Sequence record: MW630116.1 | Reading direction: 5' to 3' (one strand) | DNA length: 64,000 nucleotides | Origin: Escherichia phage vB_EcoM-ZQ3 | Shown here: in pieces, positions 44,048 to 52,229 of the stretch | Layout: the number at the start of each line of letters is the position of its first letter | Numbering within the stretch: the first letter of the stretch is position 1 | The notes under the pieces: model-generated | Told to the model about the DNA's origin: nothing | Databases searched by the model: none | What the model saw: the letters and a program-made list of their open reading frames with translations, nothing else | Translations under genes and position numbers: made by a program

Positions 44048-44287
44048 ATGATTTATTACGAAAGTATCGGAACCAAAGTGGTTGGTAAAACCATTACTCG
44101 TGAAAAGTTTGCAAAGATATTCGATATGCGTTATAAAAAATCTGAACACAAAGGCATCCGATTCGAAGATGCACATTGTACAATTTGCCCTTATAATGAA
44201 GATATAAATGGTACAATCGTTCCATTGGTAGAGGCTTCACATGACGACCTCTGGGATGAATATAATATCGCATGTCGCGAAATTTAA
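44048..44287 (+). CDS. hypothetical protein
   Basis: 79 aa from MIYYESIG; GGAG RBS 7 nt upstream. Confidence 0.5.
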   Translation: MIYYESIGTKVVGKTITREKFAKIFDMRYKKSEHKGIRFEDAHCTICPYNEDINGTIVPLVEASHDDLWDEYNIACREI

Positions 44288-44312
44288 GTAATCTAAATTC
44301 GAGGAAATTATT

Positions 44313-45269
44313 ATGATGTTAGTTATTGGTTCTCGTGCACTTCACTATCACGGTCTTATTGATTCTAACGCTATCAAAAATAGTGACTGGGACTTTATTG
44401 CAGACCAAGGTTCTTGGAATGCATTCAAAAATCAAATGATGGGTGTATATGTTCATCAAGATAACCCTGATGTCCAAGTTTTCAAATGCTTCCATAACGG
44501 ACGCGAAACTCATTTTGAAGCATATATTGTTCCGGCAATCACTAATGTCCGTGAACTAGTCGGTGAACTCACTCCTGAAGATTTCACGTCTTCTTATGAC
44601 CTTTTAAAATACGCCAAGAAAAATTTGACTAAAGACCGTTTGAACGGGTTTTACTGGGCAACTCCTGAGATGTGCCTTGCAATTAAGATGTCTCATCGTT
44701 TCAAGAAAAATAATCCATTCTTTTTAAAGACTATGAACCATATTCAGTATCTTCGTGGTAAAGGTGTTAAACTGAATGATGAACTTACTGAAATTATGCT
44801 GAAACGTCAGAAAGAAACCTTGAACTATGCTCACCCAGTTCTTGACACTTCTAAAAGTGCGTTCTTTAAAGATGACATCTATACATATGACCATGATACT
44901 ATTCATGAAGCCATTGCACTAACAGACCGTCCAGCATATACATTTTATATGAAAGACGGTTCTGAAGTCATGACCTCACGCGAGAAGTTCGAATCGTTAC
45001 CAGAAATGGTCAAATTGGCCGGTGTATATGAAGAATCATGTGTACTAGCATTAGAACGTTCTCAGATTCCTAATGGCTTTGAAATCCATCCTCGTGATAG
45101 TTTTATGATGGCATTAGAAAAGGTCTGTACTTCAATCACATCAGGCTGGTTCCGTGAGTATGCCTGGGAGAACTACAGCAAAGTAGTAAGTATGTACCAA
45201 AGCTTAGGACATGATGATTACGTCAAACGTTTCAAACAAAATTTCCATATGGTAAAACCTTTCAAATAA
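44313..45269 (+). CDS. hypothetical protein with possible Pol-beta-type nucleotidyltransferase N-terminal motif
   Basis: 318 aa; N-terminus VIGSRALHYHGLIDSNAIKNSDWDFIAD fits hGS...D-x-D pattern loosely. Confidence 0.5.
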   Translation: MMLVIGSRALHYHGLIDSNAIKNSDWDFIADQGSWNAFKNQMMGVYVHQDNPDVQVFKCFHNGRETHFEAYIVPAITNVRELVGELTPEDFTSSYDLLKYAKKNLTKDRLNGFYWATPEMCLAIKMSHRFKKNNPFFLKTMNHIQYLRGKGVKLNDELTEIMLKRQKETLNYAHPVLDTSKSAFFKDDIYTYDHDTIHEAIALTDRPAYTFYMKDGSEVMTSREKFESLPEMVKLAGVYEESCVLALERSQIPNGFEIHPRDSFMMALEKVCTSITSGWFREYAWENYSKVVSMYQSLGHDDYVKRFKQNFHMVKPFK

Positions 45270-45282
45270 TTTCACCAAACTG

Positions 45283-45322
45283 TTTACAAGGTCTGTAGTT
45301 GTTGATACTATAGACCTATCAA
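45283..45322 (+). promoter_or_regulatory. early promoter cassette
   Basis: GTTTAC...TACTAT with AGGTCT/AGACCT inverted repeat. Confidence 0.5.
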
Positions 45323-45348
45323 AACAAATGAGTGAATGGAGATACAAA

Positions 45349-45549
45349 ATGACTACTTTGAATAAACGTTTCGGTAAAGCTAAACCTGGCTGTGCAGCAG
45401 AACGTCGTTACATTTTCGCTCAGTTAGAAGATGTAGAGTATCAGATTAATCAAGTTCACATTACTGGCATCGAGCCTATGTGTGGCCTTGAAGCTCTTCG
45501 TGAAGTTCGTGACGGGTATCGTCGTGATATCGAAGAAATGTCAAAATAA
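45349..45549 (+). CDS. hypothetical protein
   Basis: 66 aa from MTTLNKRFGK; GGAG RBS. Confidence 0.5.
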   Translation: MTTLNKRFGKAKPGCAAERRYIFAQLEDVEYQINQVHITGIEPMCGLEALREVRDGYRRDIEEMSK

Positions 45550-45589
45550 GTGTACAAACTGATAGGGCTATGTTATAGTAGTCCTATTA
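45550..45589 (+). promoter_or_regulatory. early promoter cassette (variant -35 GTGTAC)
   Basis: near-identical to cassette at 43990. Confidence 0.45.
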
Positions 45590-45607
45590 AAACATGAGGA
45601 GAATAAT

Positions 45608-45913
45608 ATGAAATTAACAGAAACCAACCGAATTGGCCTTTTAACGATACTTACATCACCTTTTTATGCTGTGCTTTCTGTTGCAGTATTACAAAAGGCC
45701 TATGGCATGGACGGTGTTCCTGGTTGTGTATTTTTATCACCGTTTTTGTTATTAGTTGGTGCTCTGTTATTATACGCGACAACAGGTTTCGACCATAATG
45801 TTTGGGTCAAGTTTAAACGTAGATTAACTGAAGAAGAACACGCTGAAGCTCGTAAAAAAGCTATTGAATCTACCAATCTAGAAAATTTCATTAAAGAATG
45901 TCGAGGAAAATAA
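45608..45913 (+). CDS. membrane protein ending in conserved FIKECR peptide
   Basis: 101 aa; two TM helices; C-terminus ENFIKECRGK. Confidence 0.55.
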   Translation: MKLTETNRIGLLTILTSPFYAVLSVAVLQKAYGMDGVPGCVFLSPFLLLVGALLLYATTGFDHNVWVKFKRRLTEEEHAEARKKAIESTNLENFIKECRGK

Positions 45914-45914
45914 T

Positions 45915-46601
45915 ATGAATAGTTCTAAAGTGTTTAATAGTCAAGCTCGTGCAGTAGGTGGTTTTGCTCATGCGATTAAAAATGACCAGATTAAAAACGA
46001 GCCTATGTTCTTCAACTGTAGTTTAGAATTTGCTTATAATAACGGTGGTCCTATTACTCGCAGCTTCATCATGAACTTGCCTGATGATTGGAACACCGAC
46101 CAGGTTGTATTTGATTCACGGGTCCACATGCTGATGCCTGGTTGGTACCCTGCTATCCCGGGTTATCACCATGATGATGTACCACGCCCGGATATTCCGG
46201 TTGGTCAACACTTTATTACTGCAGGACAACCTGATTATGACAATCCTCGCTATTTGTCTGAACATATTCTTGGTCTTGTTAACGCTGATGTGTGTCCTAC
46301 TCATTTTGCAACAGGAACTGCAGAGTTCAGTCAGATTCCTGATGGCGAACTTATCTATCGCCAGTGGCACAAAGAAGTCCTCGAAAAAATTGAAAAAGGT
46401 GAACTAGAGAAATGGGAAGCTCCAGATCGTACTCTTCTTCAGTTTGATTGGCAAACATGGCACACTGGTTCTCGTGCAATTAGTAATGGATGGCGTTGGT
46501 TCGGACGTGTATCTCGTAATACAGACCGAGTTAAAAAGATTACCAATGAAATTCGTGTCAATGCTCAAGTTTATCTGGAATTCCCTATGGAAGGCTGGTA
46601 A
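45915..46601 (+). CDS. hypothetical protein
   Basis: 228 aa; His/Trp-rich; no motif recognised. Confidence 0.55.
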   Translation: MNSSKVFNSQARAVGGFAHAIKNDQIKNEPMFFNCSLEFAYNNGGPITRSFIMNLPDDWNTDQVVFDSRVHMLMPGWYPAIPGYHHDDVPRPDIPVGQHFITAGQPDYDNPRYLSEHILGLVNADVCPTHFATGTAEFSQIPDGELIYRQWHKEVLEKIEKGELEKWEAPDRTLLQFDWQTWHTGSRAISNGWRWFGRVSRNTDRVKKITNEIRVNAQVYLEFPMEGW

Positions 46602-46694
46602 TGATTAACAAAACATATTGGTCTTAATATAGACGATGGCAACGAAGGTATTTCATACTATTCAGTAGATTGGACAGGATGTCCATCCTACTTA

Positions 46695-47006
46695 GTGAAA
46701 CATATTTGCCAAGAATTTAAAATCGACCAGCCAGCAGGTATTATCGTGAACAGATACATTAATGGATATCAACCTATCGATGAAGTAATACGAACAACTC
46801 AAGCTGAGCTTGAAAAGTTTTTCAATAAGTGCCAATGGATAACAGGATGGATTATATTTGTACCGTCTATATGGTTTTTCAGTACTAAGGTGAGTTCTTT
46901 CGGTTTTGTTGATATTATTGCTATCTTATTAGCATCTAGTATCATAAGTGTTGTTGGTGGCATCATTGGCGGCGGTACCGCCGCCATCATTATTAAATCT
47001 TATTAA
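46695..47006 (+). CDS. hypothetical membrane protein (GTG start, uncertain)
   Basis: 103 aa; Gly-rich hydrophobic C-terminus; no convincing RBS. Confidence 0.35.
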   Translation: MKHICQEFKIDQPAGIIVNRYINGYQPIDEVIRTTQAELEKFFNKCQWITGWIIFVPSIWFFSTKVSSFGFVDIIAILLASSIISVVGGIIGGGTAAIIIKSY

Positions 47007-47091
47007 AAGTAGTTTACAAGAACATAAAGCCAAGATAAAGGCCAAGAATAATGAAGTTGAACGTTTTATTACCGAATGCAGGAATTTGAGA

Positions 47092-47327
47092 TGAGTATAG
47101 CAATTTACATTAAATCAGAATCATGTGATAGTTATCTGTACACATACGATAAAGACGTGTCAGAAGAAAAAATCAAAGACGATCTTAATATGGACCTTGA
47201 TATGTTCTGTCCTATTGCAGATTACAAACTTGCGGTCTCTAATAGTGAAAGTCCATCTAAAGAAACGCGCATTGAAGAATTTATGTCCGAATTAATGGCT
47301 AAATCATGGGACCGAGATGATGAGTAA
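47092..47327 (+). CDS. hypothetical acidic protein
   Basis: 78 aa from MSIAIYIK; RBS AGGAATTTGAG. Confidence 0.45.
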
Positions 47328-47774
47328 GAAAAATAAAGTGAAAGAACTATCAGCCGGTATTATTTTCCTTACCGAAGATAAAGAATTATTCATGGGGCGT
47401 GTAACTGGTTCTCGTCCTAAAGGTTCTTTAGCTCATCGGTGGGATATTCCTAAAGGACGTGTCGAGCCCGCCGAATCTCCTATTGAAGCCGCTATTCGCG
47501 AATGCGAAGAAGAAACTGGGTTTACACAATATGACCTGCCTTCCTGAAAGACCTAGGTGAACATCATTACTCAGACAATAAGAATATTCATCTGTTCCTA
47601 TATACCATCCCTGTAGAGCACGAGCAATTCAGAAACAGTGTTTGTAATTCCTATCATACATTCCCAGACGGACGACAGATTCCTGAATTTGATGCATTCG
47701 CTTTAATTAAACCTTCTCAATGGGAATATGTAATGGGCAAATCATTATATAAGGTGCTCACTACCCTCCTATAA
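47320..47774 (+). pseudogene. nudE: Nudix hydrolase NudE homologue interrupted by a -1 frameshift near 47535-47545
   Basis: N-terminal 74 aa with Nudix box GRVEPAESPIEAAIRECEEETG ends at TGA 47545; C-terminal 77 aa continue in the -1 frame to 47774; sum 151 aa equals intact T4 NudE. Confidence 0.6.
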
Positions 47775-47808
47775 GTAATAAATACCTCCTATAAACGTGG
47801 GAGGTATT

Positions 47809-48297
47809 ATGAATATATTTGAAATGCTTCGTAATGACGAAGGTCTTAGACTGACTTTATACAAAGACACCGAAGGCTTTTGGACGATTGGCATAGGCCA
47901 TTTAGTAACAAAGAACCCGTCTTTAGCCGTAGCTAAAGCTGAACTTGACAGAATGATCGGTCGTAAATGCAACGGTACAATTACCCTTGATGAGGCTGAA
48001 AAGCTATTTAATGAAGACGTTGATAAAGCCGTTCGCGGAATCTTGGGTAATGCTAAACTTAAACCGGTATATGATTCTTTAGATGCAGTTCGTCGATGTG
48101 CATTGGTCAATATGGTCTTCCAAATGGGTGTAGCAGGCGTCGCAGGTTTTACTAATTCTCTTCGTATGCTTCAACAGAAACGTTGGGATGAAGCGGCAGT
48201 AAATCTAGCCCAATCTAAATGGTATCGTCAGACACCTAATCGCGCGAAACGCGTAATCTCAACATTTAAAACAGGAACTTGGAAAGCGTATATATGA
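47809..48297 (+). CDS. e: lysozyme (endolysin)
   Basis: 162 aa from [31 protein letters not shown]; catalytic Glu11/Asp20/Thr26 context conserved as in T4 lysozyme. Confidence 0.95.
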   Translation: MNIFEMLRNDEGLRLTLYKDTEGFWTIGIGHLVTKNPSLAVAKAELDRMIGRKCNGTITLDEAEKLFNEDVDKAVRGILGNAKLKPVYDSLDAVRRCALVNMVFQMGVAGVAGFTNSLRMLQQKRWDEAAVNLAQSKWYRQTPNRAKRVISTFKTGTWKAYI

Positions 48298-48575
48298 AAA
48301 CATATAGTGAATTTTTATCAGAATCTATTCTTAACGAAGCTACTGACACATTTGCAACTAAGCTAGGTGCAGCTTTGGTTGAAGCTGAAAGTCTATTAGC
48401 ACGTATTTCTGAACTTGCTAGTAAGATAGATACTCGCAAATTTGAGCGCACCAGTGATATCGTTAAGCTTGAAGCCTTGTTGCGTATGTGTGATAAACCG
48501 GAAGAAATCGCTAAGAACGGCTCGCTGATGAAACAACGTCTTGAAAAATATATTTCAGGCGCTTCAGAAAAATAG
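48294..48575 (+). CDS. internal protein-like protein with capsid-targeting N-terminus
   Basis: 93 aa from [11 protein letters not shown]; ATGA overlap with e stop. Confidence 0.6.
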   Translation: MKTYSEFLSESILNEATDTFATKLGAALVEAESLLARISELASKIDTRKFERTSDIVKLEALLRMCDKPEEIAKNGSLMKQRLEKYISGASEK

Positions 48576-48576
48576 T

Positions 48577-48615
48577 GTTTACTTCCTCCAAGGGTTTTGA
48601 TACTATACATTCATC
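48577..48615 (+). promoter_or_regulatory. early promoter cassette
   Basis: GTTTAC-N18-TACTAT; spacer CCTCCAAG pairs with downstream CTTGGAGG containing the denV SD. Confidence 0.5.
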
Positions 48616-48633
48616 AACTACTTGGAGGAAATT

Positions 48634-49047
48634 ATGACTCGTATCAATTTAACACTTGTTTCTGAACTGACCGACCAACATCTTATGGCTGAGTATCGTG
48701 AATTACCACGCGTATTTGGTGCAGTCCGTAAACATGTTCAAAACGGTAAACGTGTAAAGGATTTTAAAATCTCCCCGACATTTATCTTAGGCACAGGTCA
48801 TGTAACATTCTTTTACGACAAACTCGAATTTTTACGTTTACGTCAAATCGAGCTAATCGCTGAATGCTTGAAACGTGGTTTCAAAATCAAGGACACGACT
48901 GTCCAAGATATTTCCGACATCCCTGCCGAATTTCGTAATAATTATGTCCCGTCCGAAGCGTCCATTGCGATAAGTCAAGCACGCTTAGACGAAAAAATTG
49001 CTCAACGTCCTACTTGGTACAAATACTATGGTAAATCAATTTACTAA
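48634..49047 (+). CDS. denV: endonuclease V (pyrimidine dimer DNA glycosylase)
   Basis: 137 aa from [34 protein letters not shown]; matches recalled T4 DenV. Confidence 0.92.
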   Translation: MTRINLTLVSELTDQHLMAEYRELPRVFGAVRKHVQNGKRVKDFKISPTFILGTGHVTFFYDKLEFLRLRQIELIAECLKRGFKIKDTTVQDISDIPAEFRNNYVPSEASIAISQARLDEKIAQRPTWYKYYGKSIY

Positions 49048-49078
49048 GGAAAAAGGTTGCGATGGTAAAGCTTAAACA

Positions 49079-49118
49079 GTTTACGCTTAAGTATTAATAT
49101 GGTATAATTACTCTATCA
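49079..49118 (+). promoter_or_regulatory. early promoter cassette (-10 TATAAT)
   Basis: GTTTAC-N18-TATAAT. Confidence 0.5.
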
Positions 49119-49138
49119 AAACAAACAAGGAAACAAAA

Positions 49139-49441
49139 ATGAAAACATATCAAGAATTTATTACTGAAGCGCGAGTGAGTGCAGGTAAATTAGAAGCCGC
49201 TATAAATAAAAAGGCCCATTCATTTCACGATTTGTCCGATAAAGACCGTAAGAAACTTGTAAGCCTTTATATTGACAAAGAGCGTATTCTCGCTCTTCCT
49301 GGCGCTAATGAAGGTAAACAGGCCAAGCCTTTGAATGCTGTTGAAAAGAAAATTGATAACTTTGCTTCTAAATTCGGTATGTCTATGGATGACCTTCAGC
49401 AAGCGGCTATCGAAGCAGCTAAAGTAATTAAAGGTAAATAA
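49139..49441 (+). CDS. internal protein (IPII/IPIII-like)
   Basis: 100 aa from MKTYQEFITE-ARVSAGKLEAA; canonical capsid-targeting sequence. Confidence 0.7.
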   Translation: MKTYQEFITEARVSAGKLEAAINKKAHSFHDLSDKDRKKLVSLYIDKERILALPGANEGKQAKPLNAVEKKIDNFASKFGMSMDDLQQAAIEAAKVIKGK

Positions 49442-49443
49442 CA

Positions 49444-49485
49444 GTTTACTTTCTCCTAGAATTGTGATAGTATAATCATAATTAC
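49444..49485 (+). promoter_or_regulatory. early promoter cassette followed by decayed 3-codon ORF
   Basis: GTTTAC-N21-TATAAT then RBS GAGAGG and ATG ACT CGA TGA (49499-49510). Confidence 0.4.
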
Positions 49486-49713
49486 TTGGAGAGGTAAAAT
49501 GACTCGATGAAAAAATTTTAATGAAGCCACACTGGTATAAGTATTAAGGCAAAAATATTTACATTCAAATAACATGGGAACAAGCTGGACCTCATGATTC
49601 TATGAGGGATTCCCGCCAACCTGTAATAAGGTCGAGCCCAAGTGCGGTAATGGGTAAATACAGAAATGGACAATTCATGTGCCATGGAATGGCCCAAACT
49701 TAGAGAGAACAAA

Positions 49714-50253
49714 ATGAAAACATTTTTAACTGGACCTTATCTATCCCTGATGAATGCTTTTACACACCATTCTGATGCTAGAGTAGAAGAAATTTGTAAG
49801 AACGGTTATGTCCCACCATTTGAAGACATACTCAAGCAGTACTGTACACTTCGTTTAGACGGTGGCAGACAATCAGGTAAATCCACTGCAGTAACTAATT
49901 TTGCTGCTAATTGGCTGCACGACGATGGAACAGTTATTGTTCTTTCTAATACTTCAGCTTATGCTAAAATTTCTGCTGGCAACATTAAAAAAGAATTTTC
50001 TCGTTATTCTAGCGATGATATTCGATTCCGTTTATTTACTGATTCTGTCCGTAGTTTTATTGGCAATGAAGGTTCTAAATTCCGTGGATTAACGCTTTCT
50101 CGTATTCTATACATAATTGACGAGCCTATTAAAGCTCCTGATATGGATAAGATTTACAATGTCCATATTAAATCAGTACAGCACTGCTGCAAAAGCAAAT
50201 ATTGCATAGGCGGTACTGCTCGTCCTCAATTTTTTGTGATTGGAATGCAATGA
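49714..50253 (+). CDS. P-loop NTPase-like protein
   Basis: 179 aa from MKTFLTGPY; Walker A GGRQSGKST. Confidence 0.55.
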   Translation: MKTFLTGPYLSLMNAFTHHSDARVEEICKNGYVPPFEDILKQYCTLRLDGGRQSGKSTAVTNFAANWLHDDGTVIVLSNTSAYAKISAGNIKKEFSRYSSDDIRFRLFTDSVRSFIGNEGSKFRGLTLSRILYIIDEPIKAPDMDKIYNVHIKSVQHCCKSKYCIGGTARPQFFVIGMQ

Positions 50254-50558
50254 TGACCACTATTGAAGTTTTTGAGTATTGTTATAACAGTCCAGTATGC
50301 AATAAAAGGGCTCTTGTAGAAAATTACGAGATCTACCATTTTAAACCTAAACGATATCGTTTGACTAAAGGTCCGTTCGCAGGTCAGCAGGTTCTTTGTA
50401 CTGCTCCTAATGCACGGTTGATGACTAGTATTCCGCATTTCAAAATGGAATTTATTGATGGGCCATTTAAGGGATTAATCACTCAAAGTTTAATGGCGTT
50501 TAATTCCGACCCATTTTTGATTAAAGAAAAATCTTGGATAAATTTATTTTCTAATTGA
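50250..50558 (+). CDS. hypothetical protein
   Basis: 102 aa; ATG overlaps upstream stop. Confidence 0.5.
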   Translation: MMTTIEVFEYCYNSPVCNKRALVENYEIYHFKPKRYRLTKGPFAGQQVLCTAPNARLMTSIPHFKMEFIDGPFKGLITQSLMAFNSDPFLIKEKSWINLFSN

Positions 50559-50564
50559 GGTTAT

Positions 50565-50927
50565 ATGAAAGCATATCAAATTCTTGAAGGCACACACAAA
50601 GGCACTATTTATTTTGAAGACGGTACTCAAGCCCGGATTATTGTCTCTAAGACTTTTAAAGAAGACGCTATTGTAGACCCGGAAATTTTCTACGGTTTGA
50701 ATGCCCGTGAAATTGAAATTGAACATCAACCTAAAGTTAAAATTGAAGGTGGTCAACACCTGAACGTTAATGTTCTGCGTCGTGAAACTCTGGAAGATGC
50801 AGTTAAGCATCCAGAAAAATATCCGCAGTTGACCATCCGTGTATCCGGTTATGCAGTTCGCTTTAACTCTCTGACTCCGGAACAGCAGCGCGACGTTATC
50901 GCTCGTACCTTTACTGAGAGTCTATAA
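50565..50927 (+). CDS. autonomous glycyl radical cofactor (GrcA/YfiD-like)
   Basis: 120 aa; C-terminal glycyl-radical motif [27 protein letters not shown]. Confidence 0.75.
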   Translation: MKAYQILEGTHKGTIYFEDGTQARIIVSKTFKEDAIVDPEIFYGLNAREIEIEHQPKVKIEGGQHLNVNVLRRETLEDAVKHPEKYPQLTIRVSGYAVRFNSLTPEQQRDVIARTFTESL

Positions 50928-51151
50928 TGGCTAAATTGATTATAGAAGGGTCTGAAGATGTTTTAAAATGTTTTGCCGCCTGGTTTAGTTGCTCAGGCGA
51001 GCAATCATTCATTGAAGCATTTAGAATGGGTGATATTACTGGAAACTATCCGGCAACTGATATCACTGTACGTGGATATGGTATTAATGAGCCTATCCAA
51101 TTGGTCGAATATGACCTTGCCACTGATGAGGAAATTCCTTATGTCGATTGA
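50927..51151 (+). CDS. hypothetical protein
   Basis: 74 aa; ATGA-type overlap with upstream gene. Confidence 0.45.
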   Translation: MAKLIIEGSEDVLKCFAAWFSCSGEQSFIEAFRMGDITGNYPATDITVRGYGINEPIQLVEYDLATDEEIPYVD

Positions 51152-51407
51152 AGATATTAAAGGCTACAAGCCACATACCGACGATAAAATCGGTAAAGTG
51201 AACGCTATTAAAGATGCAGAAGTCCGTCTTGGATTGTTGTTTGATGCTCTGATTGAAGAAGCATATATCTTGAAAGAAAATGAAACAGAGCAACAAACCA
51301 AAGAAGATATGGATGCAGTACAGGCTCTTAAGTATGCTAAGCAACATCTAAAAGAAGCCAGCATGTGGGCCTGTCGTGCAGTATTTCGACCTGAGGAAAA
51401 ATACTAA
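51141..51407 (+). CDS. hypothetical protein
   Basis: 88 aa from [10 protein letters not shown]; longer alternative-frame ORF start rejected. Confidence 0.45.
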   Translation: MSIEDIKGYKPHTDDKIGKVNAIKDAEVRLGLLFDALIEEAYILKENETEQQTKEDMDAVQALKYAKQHLKEASMWACRAVFRPEEKY

Positions 51408-51706
51408 TGGCTCAAATCCTATCAGGCTTTGGAACTCATTATGAATCATCTAGACGCATAACTGAAAGCAATCCTTTTGGCCTTGTTCCGAAGCACAAAA
51501 AAATTCAAAGCCTTGATGACTTTGAGAACCGCCTATGGGCCCTCTTTAATGAGTACAAGGCATATCTGAAAGAAGACGCTGACGATTGTCTTGAAGAAGA
51601 TGAGATTGCGTATTACGAACAACGCCTTGAACAGCTCAAGAACTTCCACCAGGTTCGTGACGAAGTATCTAAAGCAGTTAAAAAGTTAATTCCTTTCAAA
51701 GAGTAG
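51407..51706 (+). CDS. hypothetical protein
   Basis: 99 aa, acidic helical. Confidence 0.5.
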   Translation: MAQILSGFGTHYESSRRITESNPFGLVPKHKKIQSLDDFENRLWALFNEYKAYLKEDADDCLEEDEIAYYEQRLEQLKNFHQVRDEVSKAVKKLIPFKE

Positions 51707-51745
51707 TTTACTTCTCCTCTAGATGTGTTACTATAGACCTGTCAA
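51706..51745 (+). promoter_or_regulatory. early promoter cassette with anti-SD arm
   Basis: GTTTAC-N17-TACTAT; CTCCTCTAG (51714-51722) is perfectly complementary to CTAGAGGAG (51746-51754) containing the SD. Confidence 0.5.
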
Positions 51746-51762
51746 CTAGAGGAGAAATCAAA

Positions 51763-52221
51763 ATGACTATCAATTCAGACGTTTTTATCCGCCGCAATAA
51801 ACTCCGTCGAATCTTTGAAACGGAGTTCCGCAAAATAAATGCCAGTATAAAAGATGCTGCAAAGTCTCTTGGACTACCAGGCTTTCATATCAAGTATTCT
51901 CAACATCTCTTAGATCGTGCCATCCAGAGAGAAATAGATGAGAACTACGTTTTTGAATTATTTCGTAAAGTAAAAAATCATGTTAAAGAAGTTGCAGAAT
52001 TTTTATCAATGCCGGCACGTCCGGATGTTGATGAAGATTTTGTCGAAGGCGTCGAATATCGCCCAGGCCGTTTAGAAATAACTGATGGAAATCTTTGGTT
52101 AGGACTTACAGTTTGTCGCGAAAATCCAGCATTCAAAATGAAGACTCTTCAATGCAGAATGGCTATTATTAACAGTAAACGACTACCAGGAAAAGCTTCT
52201 AAAGCAGTGATTAAAATCTAG
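51763..52221 (+). CDS. regB: RegB-like site-specific endoribonuclease
   Basis: 152 aa; N-terminus MTINSDVFIRRNKLRR and C-terminus RLPGKASKAVIK as recalled for T4 RegB; position between denV and tk. Confidence 0.6.
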   Translation: MTINSDVFIRRNKLRRIFETEFRKINASIKDAAKSLGLPGFHIKYSQHLLDRAIQREIDENYVFELFRKVKNHVKEVAEFLSMPARPDVDEDFVEGVEYRPGRLEITDGNLWLGLTVCRENPAFKMKTLQCRMAIINSKRLPGKASKAVIKI

Positions 52222-52229
52222 AGGTAAAC

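Noticed and set aside
50973-51407. 144-aa ORF in an alternative frame spanning two genes
   Set aside because: Overlaps ORF 50927-51151; a start at 51141 ([10 protein letters not shown]) gives compact ATGA-type gene coupling consistent with neighbouring genes.
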